The position numbers and the translations under genes were made by a program. Positions 28,599 to 37,713 of a stretch of DNA of 64,000 bases are shown in pieces (position 1 is the stretch's first letter; each line of letters starts with the position of its first letter). Source of the DNA: Candidatus Latescibacterota bacterium. Lineage in GTDB: Bacteria; Latescibacterota; UBA2968; UBA8231. Under the pieces are notes generated by a model. It did no database searches and was not told the DNA's origin. It was given only the letters and a program-made list of their open reading frames with translations. The stretch covers positions 1,088,001 to 1,152,000 of the forward strand of contig CBDETY010000003.1 of the NCBI GenBank assembly GCA_965243025.1, given 5' to 3'.

Positions 28599-30542
28599 GT
28601 GACCAAGCAGTGGAAGGCCGGCGCGGCCGGTGCTGCCCTGACGTTTTTTGCCGTGTACAACACGGTCGGCGCCGAGGTGACCTGGTGGGAGGTAAACGGC
28701 GACGGGGGCGGATGGAGCTCCCCCGATCTGAACAGGTCCTCGACCGCCATCGATTTCGGATTTGAAAGAGCCATTCAGATAGCCGGGTTCCAGCCTGGTG
28801 ACAACATCGTCGGGAGTCTGGCCTGGGAGGATGGATTTCCCCAGGGCGGTTTCGCGGTCGAGCGCCCCCGGGCGCACATCTGGAACAACTATCCGCTGAA
28901 ATCCACCGACATCCCGATGGTCGACGGCGACCCGGAGACCTCGACCGAAGACCGGTTCAAGGTGTTCGGGGCATCCCAGACCGGCAGGCAGTTCTATCTC
29001 GATCTCGGCAGCCGCTTCCCGCTGAACCGGATGACCTTCTTTCCACGGCTCACCGGCCTCAGTCCGACCGGCGATCCCTTGAGCGACGATTTCATTCGCG
29101 GTTACGAGGTCCATTTCAACGACGGCCTGCTGCTGGGCGAAGACGGGCGGCCAATCTACAATTTGCTGAAACGGGTGGACCTGACTCGCGACAGTGTCGC
29201 GGTGGTCGAGTTTCCGCTGCAGTTCGTCCGCCACCTCCGCCTTGAAGTGATCCAGCCCAACCCCTTCGAGATCGCCGAGATTCAGTTGTTCGGTGCCGGG
29301 TTCGTTCCCAGGGCGGAGTACTTGTCCAACGTCATCGATCTCGGGCGGCCGGTGAACTTCGGCAGGCTGGGGTGGAACGCAACCAGGCTGCGCCTGCTGA
29401 ACGAGGAGATCATCTTCGAGGATGGGGCGGCGGCTTCCGCGTTTCTGCAGATGAAATCCGGATCGGACGATTCCCCCCTGATCCATTTCCAGATCACCAA
29501 CAAGTTCTTCGGAGAAACCGCGGAAGTGTCCGAGAGCGACTACAATTCACTGGCCCCGGACGACCGCGGGGGGATCGAGGACGATCAGATCAACTGGAGT
29601 CCGTGGTCGGAGCCGTTCACCGAATCCGGCCAACTGATTGCCCTTCCCAGTCCGCGGCAGTTCTTCCAGTTCCGCGTCGTCATGGAGAGCGAGTCGATTC
29701 TCGACGGCATCCGGCTCGATTCCCTGGCGGTCGAGATCTCCTCTCCACCGCTGGCCAACTCCCTCATCGGAGAGATCTCGCTGCTCGACGAACCTCAACC
29801 CGAAGGACGGTTCGCCGTGGTTCCCGCCGGAGAGACCGCCACCTTCGCCTACGACATCCATGCCGACGTCAGCGGCGAAGCGATCGGGTTCGACGCCCTG
29901 ATGATTTTCACCCCTTCCACTGCCGTTTTCCGGGAATTCCACATGGGGGAGAACGATCTCTCGCTGGCCCCGGTGACTCCGGAGAAAGTAACCTCGACGG
30001 AGGAGGTGCTGACTCTGGAGTTTCCCGGCAACCGGGTGATCTCCGAAACCTCCATGCGGGTGGTGTTCGACGCCCAGGTCCTGATTCAGGCTACCTCCTT
30101 CGATGCCGAGGCGTTCGATACCCAGAGCGAGGAGTTGACCCAACCGGTGTTGCCCTCGAATGCCACCGACCTCGTCAATACCGACAAACTGCAGGTCCTG
30201 ACTTCGGCGGAAACGCGCCGGGACGTGTTGAGCTCACTCGAAATCGCACCCAGGGTCCTCACCCCCAACGGTGACGCCGTCAACGACGCGGCGGGGATCG
30301 ATTTTCAGATCCTTCAGGTGCTCGAGGAGGTACCGATCCGGATCGAGGTTTTCGACCTTTCGGGGCGGCGGGTTCGGACCCTGGTGGACACCCGGTTCGG
30401 GCGGGGTGTGTACGGAGAGTCCTGGGACGGCACCGACTCGAGCGGCAAGGTCGTACCGGTCGGACTCTACATCATCCGGGTCGCCGTCGAGAGCATCGTC
30501 GAGGATTTCTCGGAAGCAGTGGCGGTCGGTGTGGCTTATTGA
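28599..30542 (+). CDS. Secreted FlgD-Ig-domain protein (paralogue B)
   Basis: Probable GTG start; VDGDPET, LDLG, EIQLFG, WSPWS, LTPNGDAVND, WDGTDSSG, ends GVAY. Confidence 0.8.
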   Translation: MTKQWKAGAAGAALTFFAVYNTVGAEVTWWEVNGDGGGWSSPDLNRSSTAIDFGFERAIQIAGFQPGDNIVGSLAWEDGFPQGGFAVERPRAHIWNNYPLKSTDIPMVDGDPETSTEDRFKVFGASQTGRQFYLDLGSRFPLNRMTFFPRLTGLSPTGDPLSDDFIRGYEVHFNDGLLLGEDGRPIYNLLKRVDLTRDSVAVVEFPLQFVRHLRLEVIQPNPFEIAEIQLFGAGFVPRAEYLSNVIDLGRPVNFGRLGWNATRLRLLNEEIIFEDGAAASAFLQMKSGSDDSPLIHFQITNKFFGETAEVSESDYNSLAPDDRGGIEDDQINWSPWSEPFTESGQLIALPSPRQFFQFRVVMESESILDGIRLDSLAVEISSPPLANSLIGEISLLDEPQPEGRFAVVPAGETATFAYDIHADVSGEAIGFDALMIFTPSTAVFREFHMGENDLSLAPVTPEKVTSTEEVLTLEFPGNRVISETSMRVVFDAQVLIQATSFDAEAFDTQSEELTQPVLPSNATDLVNTDKLQVLTSAETRRDVLSSLEIAPRVLTPNGDAVNDAAGIDFQILQVLEEVPIRIEVFDLSGRRVRTLVDTRFGRGVYGESWDGTDSSGKVVPVGLYIIRVAVESIVEDFSEAVAVGVAY

Positions 30543-30579
30543 AGGTGCCCCGCCAATCATCAACCTGGGAGGCCTGAAG

Positions 30580-32709
30580 ATGAAAATCGCCTGCAAGGGA
30601 CTTTGCGTAGCCGTGATGCTGTGCTGCTCTACAGGAGTCCGGGCCCAGGACCAGGAAGCCTGGACCTTCGGCGGCAACGGCGGGGTTTCGTGGTCCGAGT
30701 GGATGGACCTCAACGTCATGGTCGACGATTTCTCCACCCCGGGCGCAATCCAGCCGCGGGAGCTCAGACCCGGCGTCAACCTGCTGCCCCAACTGACGGC
30801 GTTGGGTGACGCCGTTTCATTGTCCTCCCCCGAGGGATCGTTCTGGTCGCGCTGGCAGAAACCGCTCGACCCGTTCTGGGAGGACGGCCTCCCCCGCATG
30901 TGGCGCGGCTACCAGAATCTTTCCTGGGCAACGGTTTTCATGCCGATCGAAAAATACGTCGACGGGGATCCCACGACGTTCAACTGGTTTCTCAACTTCG
31001 GTCCCGGGTGCAACAAGACCGCCAGCGAGTTCTACACCATCGACGTGGGAGCGCCCGTTCCGGTAACGGGGTTCCGCCTTGTCGAACCCCCCGTGACGGA
31101 AACCGATCCTCTGGGAAACCCCTGGGCAGAGGGGTACAGCCCCACGGACCGTTTCGGAGAGCCATGGGCGAACTACATACCCAAGCACGGGGAGTTCTCA
31201 GGCGCCCTCGACCCGGCCCCCATAGCCACCGAAGGGGAAGACGAGCATATATGCAGTCTCGTATACAAGCCCCTCGAGTTCGTGCTGGGCGGGGTCGAGC
31301 AGAACCTCGTGGCTCCAATCGAGTTCACCTTTCCGCCGCAGTACCTGCGCTTCTTTCGCTGGCGGACCTTCCCGGAAAACACGCGCACCGTGGGGGGCCA
31401 GACCGCAAGTTCGGTGCTCTCGATCGCCAAGATCGCCTACGCCGAGTTCGAGCTGTACGGCGACGGTTACTCGGCCGCATCCAGGTACCGGAGCCATGTG
31501 GTGGACCTCGGACGGACCGCCACTCTGGGCGCCGTGACAATGGGGGTGAGCAAGTGGCGCCGGGAAGGGGACGTGCTCGTGGAGGCGCCTGACGCCGATG
31601 CCAGTCTCTCGATTCGGATCAAGACGGGATCTACCCCGGATCCGAGGCAGTACCACACCTACAACGACCAGTCGGAATACGTCGAAATTTCCGGCGAGGA
31701 ATTTTCCCAGCTCAAGGTGCGCGGCAATCCTCAGGACCCTCAATGGGTGGGCTGGCAAGGTCCGGTGACCGAAGACCGCACCAACTGGACGCCCTGGTCG
31801 GGCCTGATCAAGAAGTCCGGAACCCAGGTTGGACTGCGAAGCGGACAGTACTTCACGGTCGAGGTGGAATTGGAGTCGGGAACCCCGACGGATATGGTGC
31901 GGCTCGATTCCCTGTCGATCGAGGTCTCTCCCCTTCTCGCTTCCAGGCTGGTCGGGGAACTCGCTGTCGCCGATGACGCCCTGTTCCCGGCGATGCCGGA
32001 GATCCCGGTGGGTGAGGAGGTGGTGATTTCCTACGCCATCAGCGCCGGCGTCGAACCGGGTTCCGACGGATTCGACGCCCTGCACATCGCCACTCCCTCG
32101 CAACCGAGGTTCCTCAGCTTGATGGCGGGCACTCCCCTGGCCGCCCTCGAGCCGGAGGAAGTGCTCGAGGAGGAGGACGGCCTGACCCTGTTCCTTCCCG
32201 AGCGCGTCGAAAGCGACCGGGATCTGCGCATCGATTTCGGAGTGACTCTGTTCACCGTCTCGGCGCAGCTGAACGGAGCGGTGTTCAACCGCGACAAGAG
32301 CGACCGCAGGCAGTTCATCGAGGCCGGCGATGCCAGCCAGGAGATCGGCAGCGACCTGCTCCAGCTGGTGGCCGACGACAACTCGGTGCGCCGCACCCTG
32401 GGAGACATCGCCATCCGCCCGCGGGTGATCACACCGAACCAGGACGGACGCAACGACCTCCTGCAGATCGACTACACCCTTTTCGGGGTCCTCGGAACGG
32501 ACGTCGAGATCCTGGTTTACGACCTGGCAGGACGATTGGTGAGCAGGTTCCCGGCCTCCGGCCGGACCGCGGGCACCCACACGGTGCAGTGGAACGGCAT
32601 GGATGAATCGGGGCAGGTTCTTCCCCCCGGTGCCTACCTGTGCGAGATTGCAGCCGAGACCGGTGCCGGCCGTTTCCAGTCCATCAGGCCGATCGCGGTG
32701 GCGTACTGA
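30580..32709 (+). CDS. Secreted FlgD-Ig-domain protein (paralogue C)
   Basis: GGAGG RBS and signal peptide; shares WTFGG.GG, DDFS.PG..QPREL and WEDGLPR with A1/A2; TPNQDGRND, ends AVAY. Confidence 0.85.
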   Translation: MKIACKGLCVAVMLCCSTGVRAQDQEAWTFGGNGGVSWSEWMDLNVMVDDFSTPGAIQPRELRPGVNLLPQLTALGDAVSLSSPEGSFWSRWQKPLDPFWEDGLPRMWRGYQNLSWATVFMPIEKYVDGDPTTFNWFLNFGPGCNKTASEFYTIDVGAPVPVTGFRLVEPPVTETDPLGNPWAEGYSPTDRFGEPWANYIPKHGEFSGALDPAPIATEGEDEHICSLVYKPLEFVLGGVEQNLVAPIEFTFPPQYLRFFRWRTFPENTRTVGGQTASSVLSIAKIAYAEFELYGDGYSAASRYRSHVVDLGRTATLGAVTMGVSKWRREGDVLVEAPDADASLSIRIKTGSTPDPRQYHTYNDQSEYVEISGEEFSQLKVRGNPQDPQWVGWQGPVTEDRTNWTPWSGLIKKSGTQVGLRSGQYFTVEVELESGTPTDMVRLDSLSIEVSPLLASRLVGELAVADDALFPAMPEIPVGEEVVISYAISAGVEPGSDGFDALHIATPSQPRFLSLMAGTPLAALEPEEVLEEEDGLTLFLPERVESDRDLRIDFGVTLFTVSAQLNGAVFNRDKSDRRQFIEAGDASQEIGSDLLQLVADDNSVRRTLGDIAIRPRVITPNQDGRNDLLQIDYTLFGVLGTDVEILVYDLAGRLVSRFPASGRTAGTHTVQWNGMDESGQVLPPGAYLCEIAAETGAGRFQSIRPIAVAY

Positions 32710-32720
32710 AAACAAGGCAG

Positions 32721-35045
32721 ATGGCCATGAAATCGATACGCTGGTGTTCAGCTTTCCTGCTCCTGACCAGTTTCGCCCCTGTCGATACGGGGGGCGATAC
32801 CTACCGGGTAAACAGGCAGTCGCAGTGGGAGGAATGGAAGTTCCCCAAGGGGGTCCTGGAATTCGTTCCGGAAGGGCTTACGCTGACCAGGTACGGCCGA
32901 AACATCAATGCCGCACTCAACGCTGCCGAATTCACCCACGCCCTGGCTGGAAACAACGAGACGAATGGGGGAGTGTGGGCGGTGGGCTCGAATGCCCGCA
33001 CCGCCGACCGGGTGATCGACGGGGACGCGACCACCTGGTGGCAACCGAGCCAGGGCGACGATCTCGAAGACTGGTGGATCCAGGTCGATCTCGGCCGCGC
33101 CGTGCCGGTAACGAATATCCGTGTCGTTTTTCCCGATGAGGAAGGGGCCAGGCCTCCGCGTCAGTTCCGCCTCTTCGCCAGCGATGGCGAGCGCGTTTCC
33201 CAGGGCGCCGACCTGTTCAGTTTCGAAATGCTCGGGGGTACGTCCCGCTACAACGAAGAGACCGTGGTCGAGTTCGTGCCGGCAACGCTTTCGGCAACCG
33301 CCAACCGCTTTCTCCGCGATGCCACGGTTCCTCCGGACACCACTTTCGGGACGAGCTATCGCTCCCTCCAGTACATCCGCCTGCGCATCGATGAAATGAC
33401 CGAAGACGCCTCCGTCGCCGAGATCGAAGTCTACACTTTCGGCAGCAACATCTCCCTGCAGACAATCGAGCGCGGCGGCAGCGTAGTGGAGGCCTCGGGA
33501 CGCGGAGAGGTGCTGGTCGACGGCGACTTCAACACGGCCTGGTCCCAGTCGATCCGCGGGCAGGACATCATTTTCGTATGGGATCTCGGCGCCACCTTCT
33601 GGATGGAACGCCTGCTCATGCTCGGGGCCTCCGCCGCCGGAACCCTTCACGGCAGCCAGACCCACGTCACGAGGATCAACGATCACTCGCTGCGGGTCTC
33701 CACGGGAGAACGCACCTTTTCGGGGGAATTGAACTGGGAGCTGGTGCGGGATGTCGTCCCCCGCGGTTCATCCTTTCGCGACATTCAGTACCTCTTCGAC
33801 CCCCCCAGGGCGGTCCGGTATTTTGCCGCGGTCTGGCCCAACCGGCCCAACGGCAACATGGCTGACATGGTCGCCATTCCCGCCGGCCACGTCGCCTCGG
33901 TCGAGATGGAATCCAACTTCATCGACCTGGGTGAATTCGCCGGGGACAACCGTTCGAAGCAGATCGAAGGCATCTCCTGGGAGGGAGATATTCCCCCGGG
34001 CTCGAACGTGCAGCTGCGCACCAGGACCGGTCACAAGCTGACCAACGTGGTAACCTACTATCACAAGAACGGCGATCTGCTTTCCGGGGCCGAGGAGTAC
34101 TACGCCCTCAACAAGTTCGTACGCGGCGACACCGTTGCCTTCCTCGACGCCGGTGAGGACTGGAGCCCGTGGAGCTCGCTCTATCAGGAACAGGGACAGT
34201 CGCTGTCTCCCAGCCCGCGGCGGTTTCTGCAGATGAAGCTCGTGGTCAACTCGGAGGAGCCGGATGTCGCGCCCGTGCTCGGCAGTCTCGACGTCGAGTT
34301 CACCGACGCCATCCTGCGCGGCGCCCAGGCGGAGATACACCCGAAAGAGGCGGAACCGGTGGTGCCGGAGGAGTTTACCCTGAAGCTTTGGGGCGATTAC
34401 GGCGAGGGGGGCAGCTTCGACCAGATCCTGATAGAAACCCCCTCTCAGGTCGATCCGGTCGACCTCGAAGTTTCAGTGCGCGGGGTTGAGGTCGAACCCT
34501 CTGCGGTGAGGGCGACACCGGACTCGCTGTTGATTCAGCTGCAGGATGCGGTCAGCGACAACGCCGATACGGTTTCGGTCGACTTCGTCGCGGCAATCGA
34601 CAGGAATCCGACGATTTTCAACTCGTTCATCGGCAGCTCCGAAAGAGGGGAGTTGTGGCAGTTCGTCAACCAGGCCGAAGGGGTTCCTCACGCGACCGAG
34701 GTGTTTTTTCCATCGGTTCCGAAGAGCGGGGAACTGCTCGGCGGTTTCGCCATTGAGCCACCGGTTGCGACGCCGAATGGCGACGGCATTGGAGAAGAAG
34801 CCCGCATCAGCTTTGCGCTCCTGAACGTCGAAGTGGTTCCCGAGGTGACGATTTTCACGATGGGCGGAAACCCGGTCCGGGAGTTGGAAGGCAGCCGCGG
34901 TTCTGCCGGCCGCTACGAGTTCACCTGGTCCGGCCGGGACGGGTCGGGAAAGGTCGTTCCCCCGGGTATATACCTGGTGCGCGTGCGCGTCGCGACCCAG
35001 GCCGAGGAGCAGCAGCTGACCAGGATTGTCGGATTGGCCTACTGA
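32721..35045 (+). CDS. Secreted protein with two discoidin (F5/8 type C)-like domains and FlgD-Ig domain (paralogue D)
   Basis: VIDGDATTWW, WIQVDLGR, AEIEVY, second VDGDFNTAW..WDLG; WSPWS; TPNGDG; ends GLAY. Confidence 0.82.
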   Translation: MAMKSIRWCSAFLLLTSFAPVDTGGDTYRVNRQSQWEEWKFPKGVLEFVPEGLTLTRYGRNINAALNAAEFTHALAGNNETNGGVWAVGSNARTADRVIDGDATTWWQPSQGDDLEDWWIQVDLGRAVPVTNIRVVFPDEEGARPPRQFRLFASDGERVSQGADLFSFEMLGGTSRYNEETVVEFVPATLSATANRFLRDATVPPDTTFGTSYRSLQYIRLRIDEMTEDASVAEIEVYTFGSNISLQTIERGGSVVEASGRGEVLVDGDFNTAWSQSIRGQDIIFVWDLGATFWMERLLMLGASAAGTLHGSQTHVTRINDHSLRVSTGERTFSGELNWELVRDVVPRGSSFRDIQYLFDPPRAVRYFAAVWPNRPNGNMADMVAIPAGHVASVEMESNFIDLGEFAGDNRSKQIEGISWEGDIPPGSNVQLRTRTGHKLTNVVTYYHKNGDLLSGAEEYYALNKFVRGDTVAFLDAGEDWSPWSSLYQEQGQSLSPSPRRFLQMKLVVNSEEPDVAPVLGSLDVEFTDAILRGAQAEIHPKEAEPVVPEEFTLKLWGDYGEGGSFDQILIETPSQVDPVDLEVSVRGVEVEPSAVRATPDSLLIQLQDAVSDNADTVSVDFVAAIDRNPTIFNSFIGSSERGELWQFVNQAEGVPHATEVFFPSVPKSGELLGGFAIEPPVATPNGDGIGEEARISFALLNVEVVPEVTIFTMGGNPVRELEGSRGSAGRYEFTWSGRDGSGKVVPPGIYLVRVRVATQAEEQQLTRIVGLAY

Positions 35046-35070
35046 CGGTAACCGGAGGAGGGGAGAAACC

Positions 35071-37707
35071 ATGCACAGAGGGGTCCGGGACACCCTTGTA
35101 TCGGCACAGTGTGCTGTTCTGCTGTTCCTTTCGGCAGCGCAAGGACAGCTGCCCACGGGACACCGGGAAGTATCCGAGCCCGGCATCGAAGGGGTGCGCA
35201 TCCATACCGGGGCGCTCGCTCCTTCCCTGAGGAAGTGGTACCTCCCTCAGAATCTCTACTACGAATACCGCTGGCGGGGTTGGGAGTACAGCAACTACGC
35301 CAAGGATCCTTACCAGAGGTACGTCGGCATCCTTCTGAACGGAACGCGTCAGTACGACCCCCTGGGGAACTACATCTCCAAGGGGTGGCGCATCTACGAC
35401 TGGACCGAGAACAATCCCCAGGCATTCGGAAGCAGCATCTTCAAGGCCCCGCAATACGGGAGCTGGTTCAGCAGCCTGATCGTTTCCTCGGCCCACAAGG
35501 GCCAGTTCCACACCGCGGTGACGATCGGCGACGGAATCCGCACCACCCTGACTCCCCTGACTTTCTCCAAGCCGGCCTTCAACGGCATGCAGTGGGACTT
35601 TCTCACCGACAGCTACGGTCTGACCCTGATCGCATCGCGGGTCAGCTCTCCCGGAATCCCGGTGCAGGCCATCACCCAGCCGCCGACGACCGCGGTGAAC
35701 TCGACGCGGGCGGTGGGCGGCCGGGGATTCGCCCAGCTCGGCGACTTCGCACAGGTCGGGGCGACCTGGGTGTCGGCCCATCACGCCGACAACGAGCTCG
35801 GGTTGGGCAAGAACTCGTTGAAGGGCATTCTGACGCGGCCCCAGAACCTCGGCAACGTCGAGCAGGTCCTGATCCGGGTCTCCGACGATTCTCCCGAGTC
35901 CCCGGAGACCGGGGCGGTGCTGTTCCTCGAACGGATCCGCATCGATGGGGAACTGCAGCAGATCACCCCCCTGGTTACCGGAGGGGTGCGCGAGGACGGC
36001 GTCCTCAAGGCCCGGGGCACCGACGCCATTCTGCTGACCTACGACATCCGCAACGACTTCATTCCCACCGACGAGACCGAGAGTTTCCGCGACGTCCGCA
36101 AGATCGAGTTCGAGCTGATCGTCGCCAACGACTACCTCGTCGAGGTGTCATCCAACAAGCAGCTCAACCGGCTGGGTGGCGAGGTGTTCCTGCCGGTGTT
36201 CCAGGCGGGGGACAACATAACCGACGGTTCCAACCAGCGATTCCTGCGCTTCGAGTACGGCCTGCCGACCGCAAACGAAGTGGCCGGCATCGATTTCGAG
36301 CTGACAAACATCCACAGCGTCGAGCTCAAGGCGGAATACGTGGTCAACAGCCGCCATCGGCGCTTCCCGAACCAGAACTTCCGCAAGCTTTCTCCCAGCA
36401 CCGACAGGGCGGAAGCGAGCTACGTGACCGCTTCCTGGACCGGATATCCCTGGTACGCCTACGGCGAGGCGTTCTCGATCGACGCCGACTACACGACCTC
36501 GGCGTTCACGGCCAACGCCAGGGGCGACATCGACTACGGCAACGAGCTGCGCCATCTGTTCGAGTTCGTCGAGGACAACGACGACCAGGATCGATTCCCG
36601 GACTGGCTGAGGCAGGGGCAGACCGGACAGATCATCTTCTTCGGAGAACTGGGAGCCATTACGGGCCAGGACTTCGAGATTTTTCCCGGCCTCGACGAGA
36701 ACAACGACTTCGTCTCCGACTTCAACCAGAACCGCAACTCCCAGCCGGACTACGCCGAGCCCTTCCTTCGCTACGCGGTCGATGCCCCCGAGTTCCTGTT
36801 CGGGATGGACATGAACAACAACACCATCATCGACCGCTTCGAGGACGACGTCCTTCCCGATTATCCCTACGAGCGCGACCGGCGGGGGTACAACGCATAC
36901 GGCGGAGTCGCCCTGCAGGAGAACGTCCATCTGACCGCCGGCCGCCTGAATCAGCGGCAGCCCAGCAGCGGGAGAGAGAACCACTCCACCTACGGTCTGC
37001 TGGCCGCACGCTGGAATTACCCCGGGCTGAGGCTCTCGTTCTTCGAACACCCGAAGCGGGTCAGGGACAACATCGCCGAGGACCGCATCCGCTGGATCGA
37101 CCCGCAGGGACTCGTAAGTTTCCGGGACCCTCTCGAGAACCAGGACACCTTCGTAAACACCCTCTACTTCGACGCCCGATACTTCCGCATTCCCAAGCTC
37201 AATCTTTCGACCAAACTCAAGTGGGAGATCTTTCGCCAGCAGGGTGAGGAAGCGGACCTGAAACGAGACCGCTCCTTTTTCGGCTGGATTCACAAGGCGG
37301 ACTACCAGCTCGGCCTGGGTGAATCCTGGACGTTCTGGCCCAAGTGGAAGAGCATCTTCCGACGCGAAGTGCCAACGGAAAAAAGCCTGCGCTCCCAGCG
37401 AGAGATCGAGGAGACCTTCTTCCTGATTACGCGGTACGCATTCCTTCCGGATACCTTTCTCGACCTGGGTTTCGAGTACAGCATCTTCGAAAACCTCAAG
37501 AAAAGCCCGGAGGTTGCCCAGGCAGGCTTCATCGATGACAACCGCAGCCTGATTCTGGCGGCCCTGTTCTCCAACTCGTCCGCATATCTCGGTTACAAGC
37601 TGACGCTTAACGTCGGCCTGCAGTGGGAGCGGCAGAAGTTCAAGGAAGCTACCCTGAAGGAAACGACCGCATTGGTGCGTGTCTTCGCCGCCACGGGAGA
37701 GCTGTAG
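35071..37707 (+). CDS. Large secreted protein, putative outer-membrane beta-barrel with Ca-binding loops
   Basis: Signal-like N-terminus; many amphipathic aromatic-ended strands in the C-terminal third; EF-hand-like DENNDFVSD and DMNNNTIID. The ORF is secure; the function is inferred. Confidence 0.55.
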   Translation: MHRGVRDTLVSAQCAVLLFLSAAQGQLPTGHREVSEPGIEGVRIHTGALAPSLRKWYLPQNLYYEYRWRGWEYSNYAKDPYQRYVGILLNGTRQYDPLGNYISKGWRIYDWTENNPQAFGSSIFKAPQYGSWFSSLIVSSAHKGQFHTAVTIGDGIRTTLTPLTFSKPAFNGMQWDFLTDSYGLTLIASRVSSPGIPVQAITQPPTTAVNSTRAVGGRGFAQLGDFAQVGATWVSAHHADNELGLGKNSLKGILTRPQNLGNVEQVLIRVSDDSPESPETGAVLFLERIRIDGELQQITPLVTGGVREDGVLKARGTDAILLTYDIRNDFIPTDETESFRDVRKIEFELIVANDYLVEVSSNKQLNRLGGEVFLPVFQAGDNITDGSNQRFLRFEYGLPTANEVAGIDFELTNIHSVELKAEYVVNSRHRRFPNQNFRKLSPSTDRAEASYVTASWTGYPWYAYGEAFSIDADYTTSAFTANARGDIDYGNELRHLFEFVEDNDDQDRFPDWLRQGQTGQIIFFGELGAITGQDFEIFPGLDENNDFVSDFNQNRNSQPDYAEPFLRYAVDAPEFLFGMDMNNNTIIDRFEDDVLPDYPYERDRRGYNAYGGVALQENVHLTAGRLNQRQPSSGRENHSTYGLLAARWNYPGLRLSFFEHPKRVRDNIAEDRIRWIDPQGLVSFRDPLENQDTFVNTLYFDARYFRIPKLNLSTKLKWEIFRQQGEEADLKRDRSFFGWIHKADYQLGLGESWTFWPKWKSIFRREVPTEKSLRSQREIEETFFLITRYAFLPDTFLDLGFEYSIFENLKKSPEVAQAGFIDDNRSLILAALFSNSSAYLGYKLTLNVGLQWERQKFKEATLKETTALVRVFAATGEL

Positions 37708-37713
37708 CGGTAC

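Noticed and set aside
22028-35045. Flagellar hook-cap (flgD) genes
   Set aside because: Only the C-terminal Ig-like module resembles FlgD. The proteins have Sec-type signal peptides and no flagellar genes are nearby.
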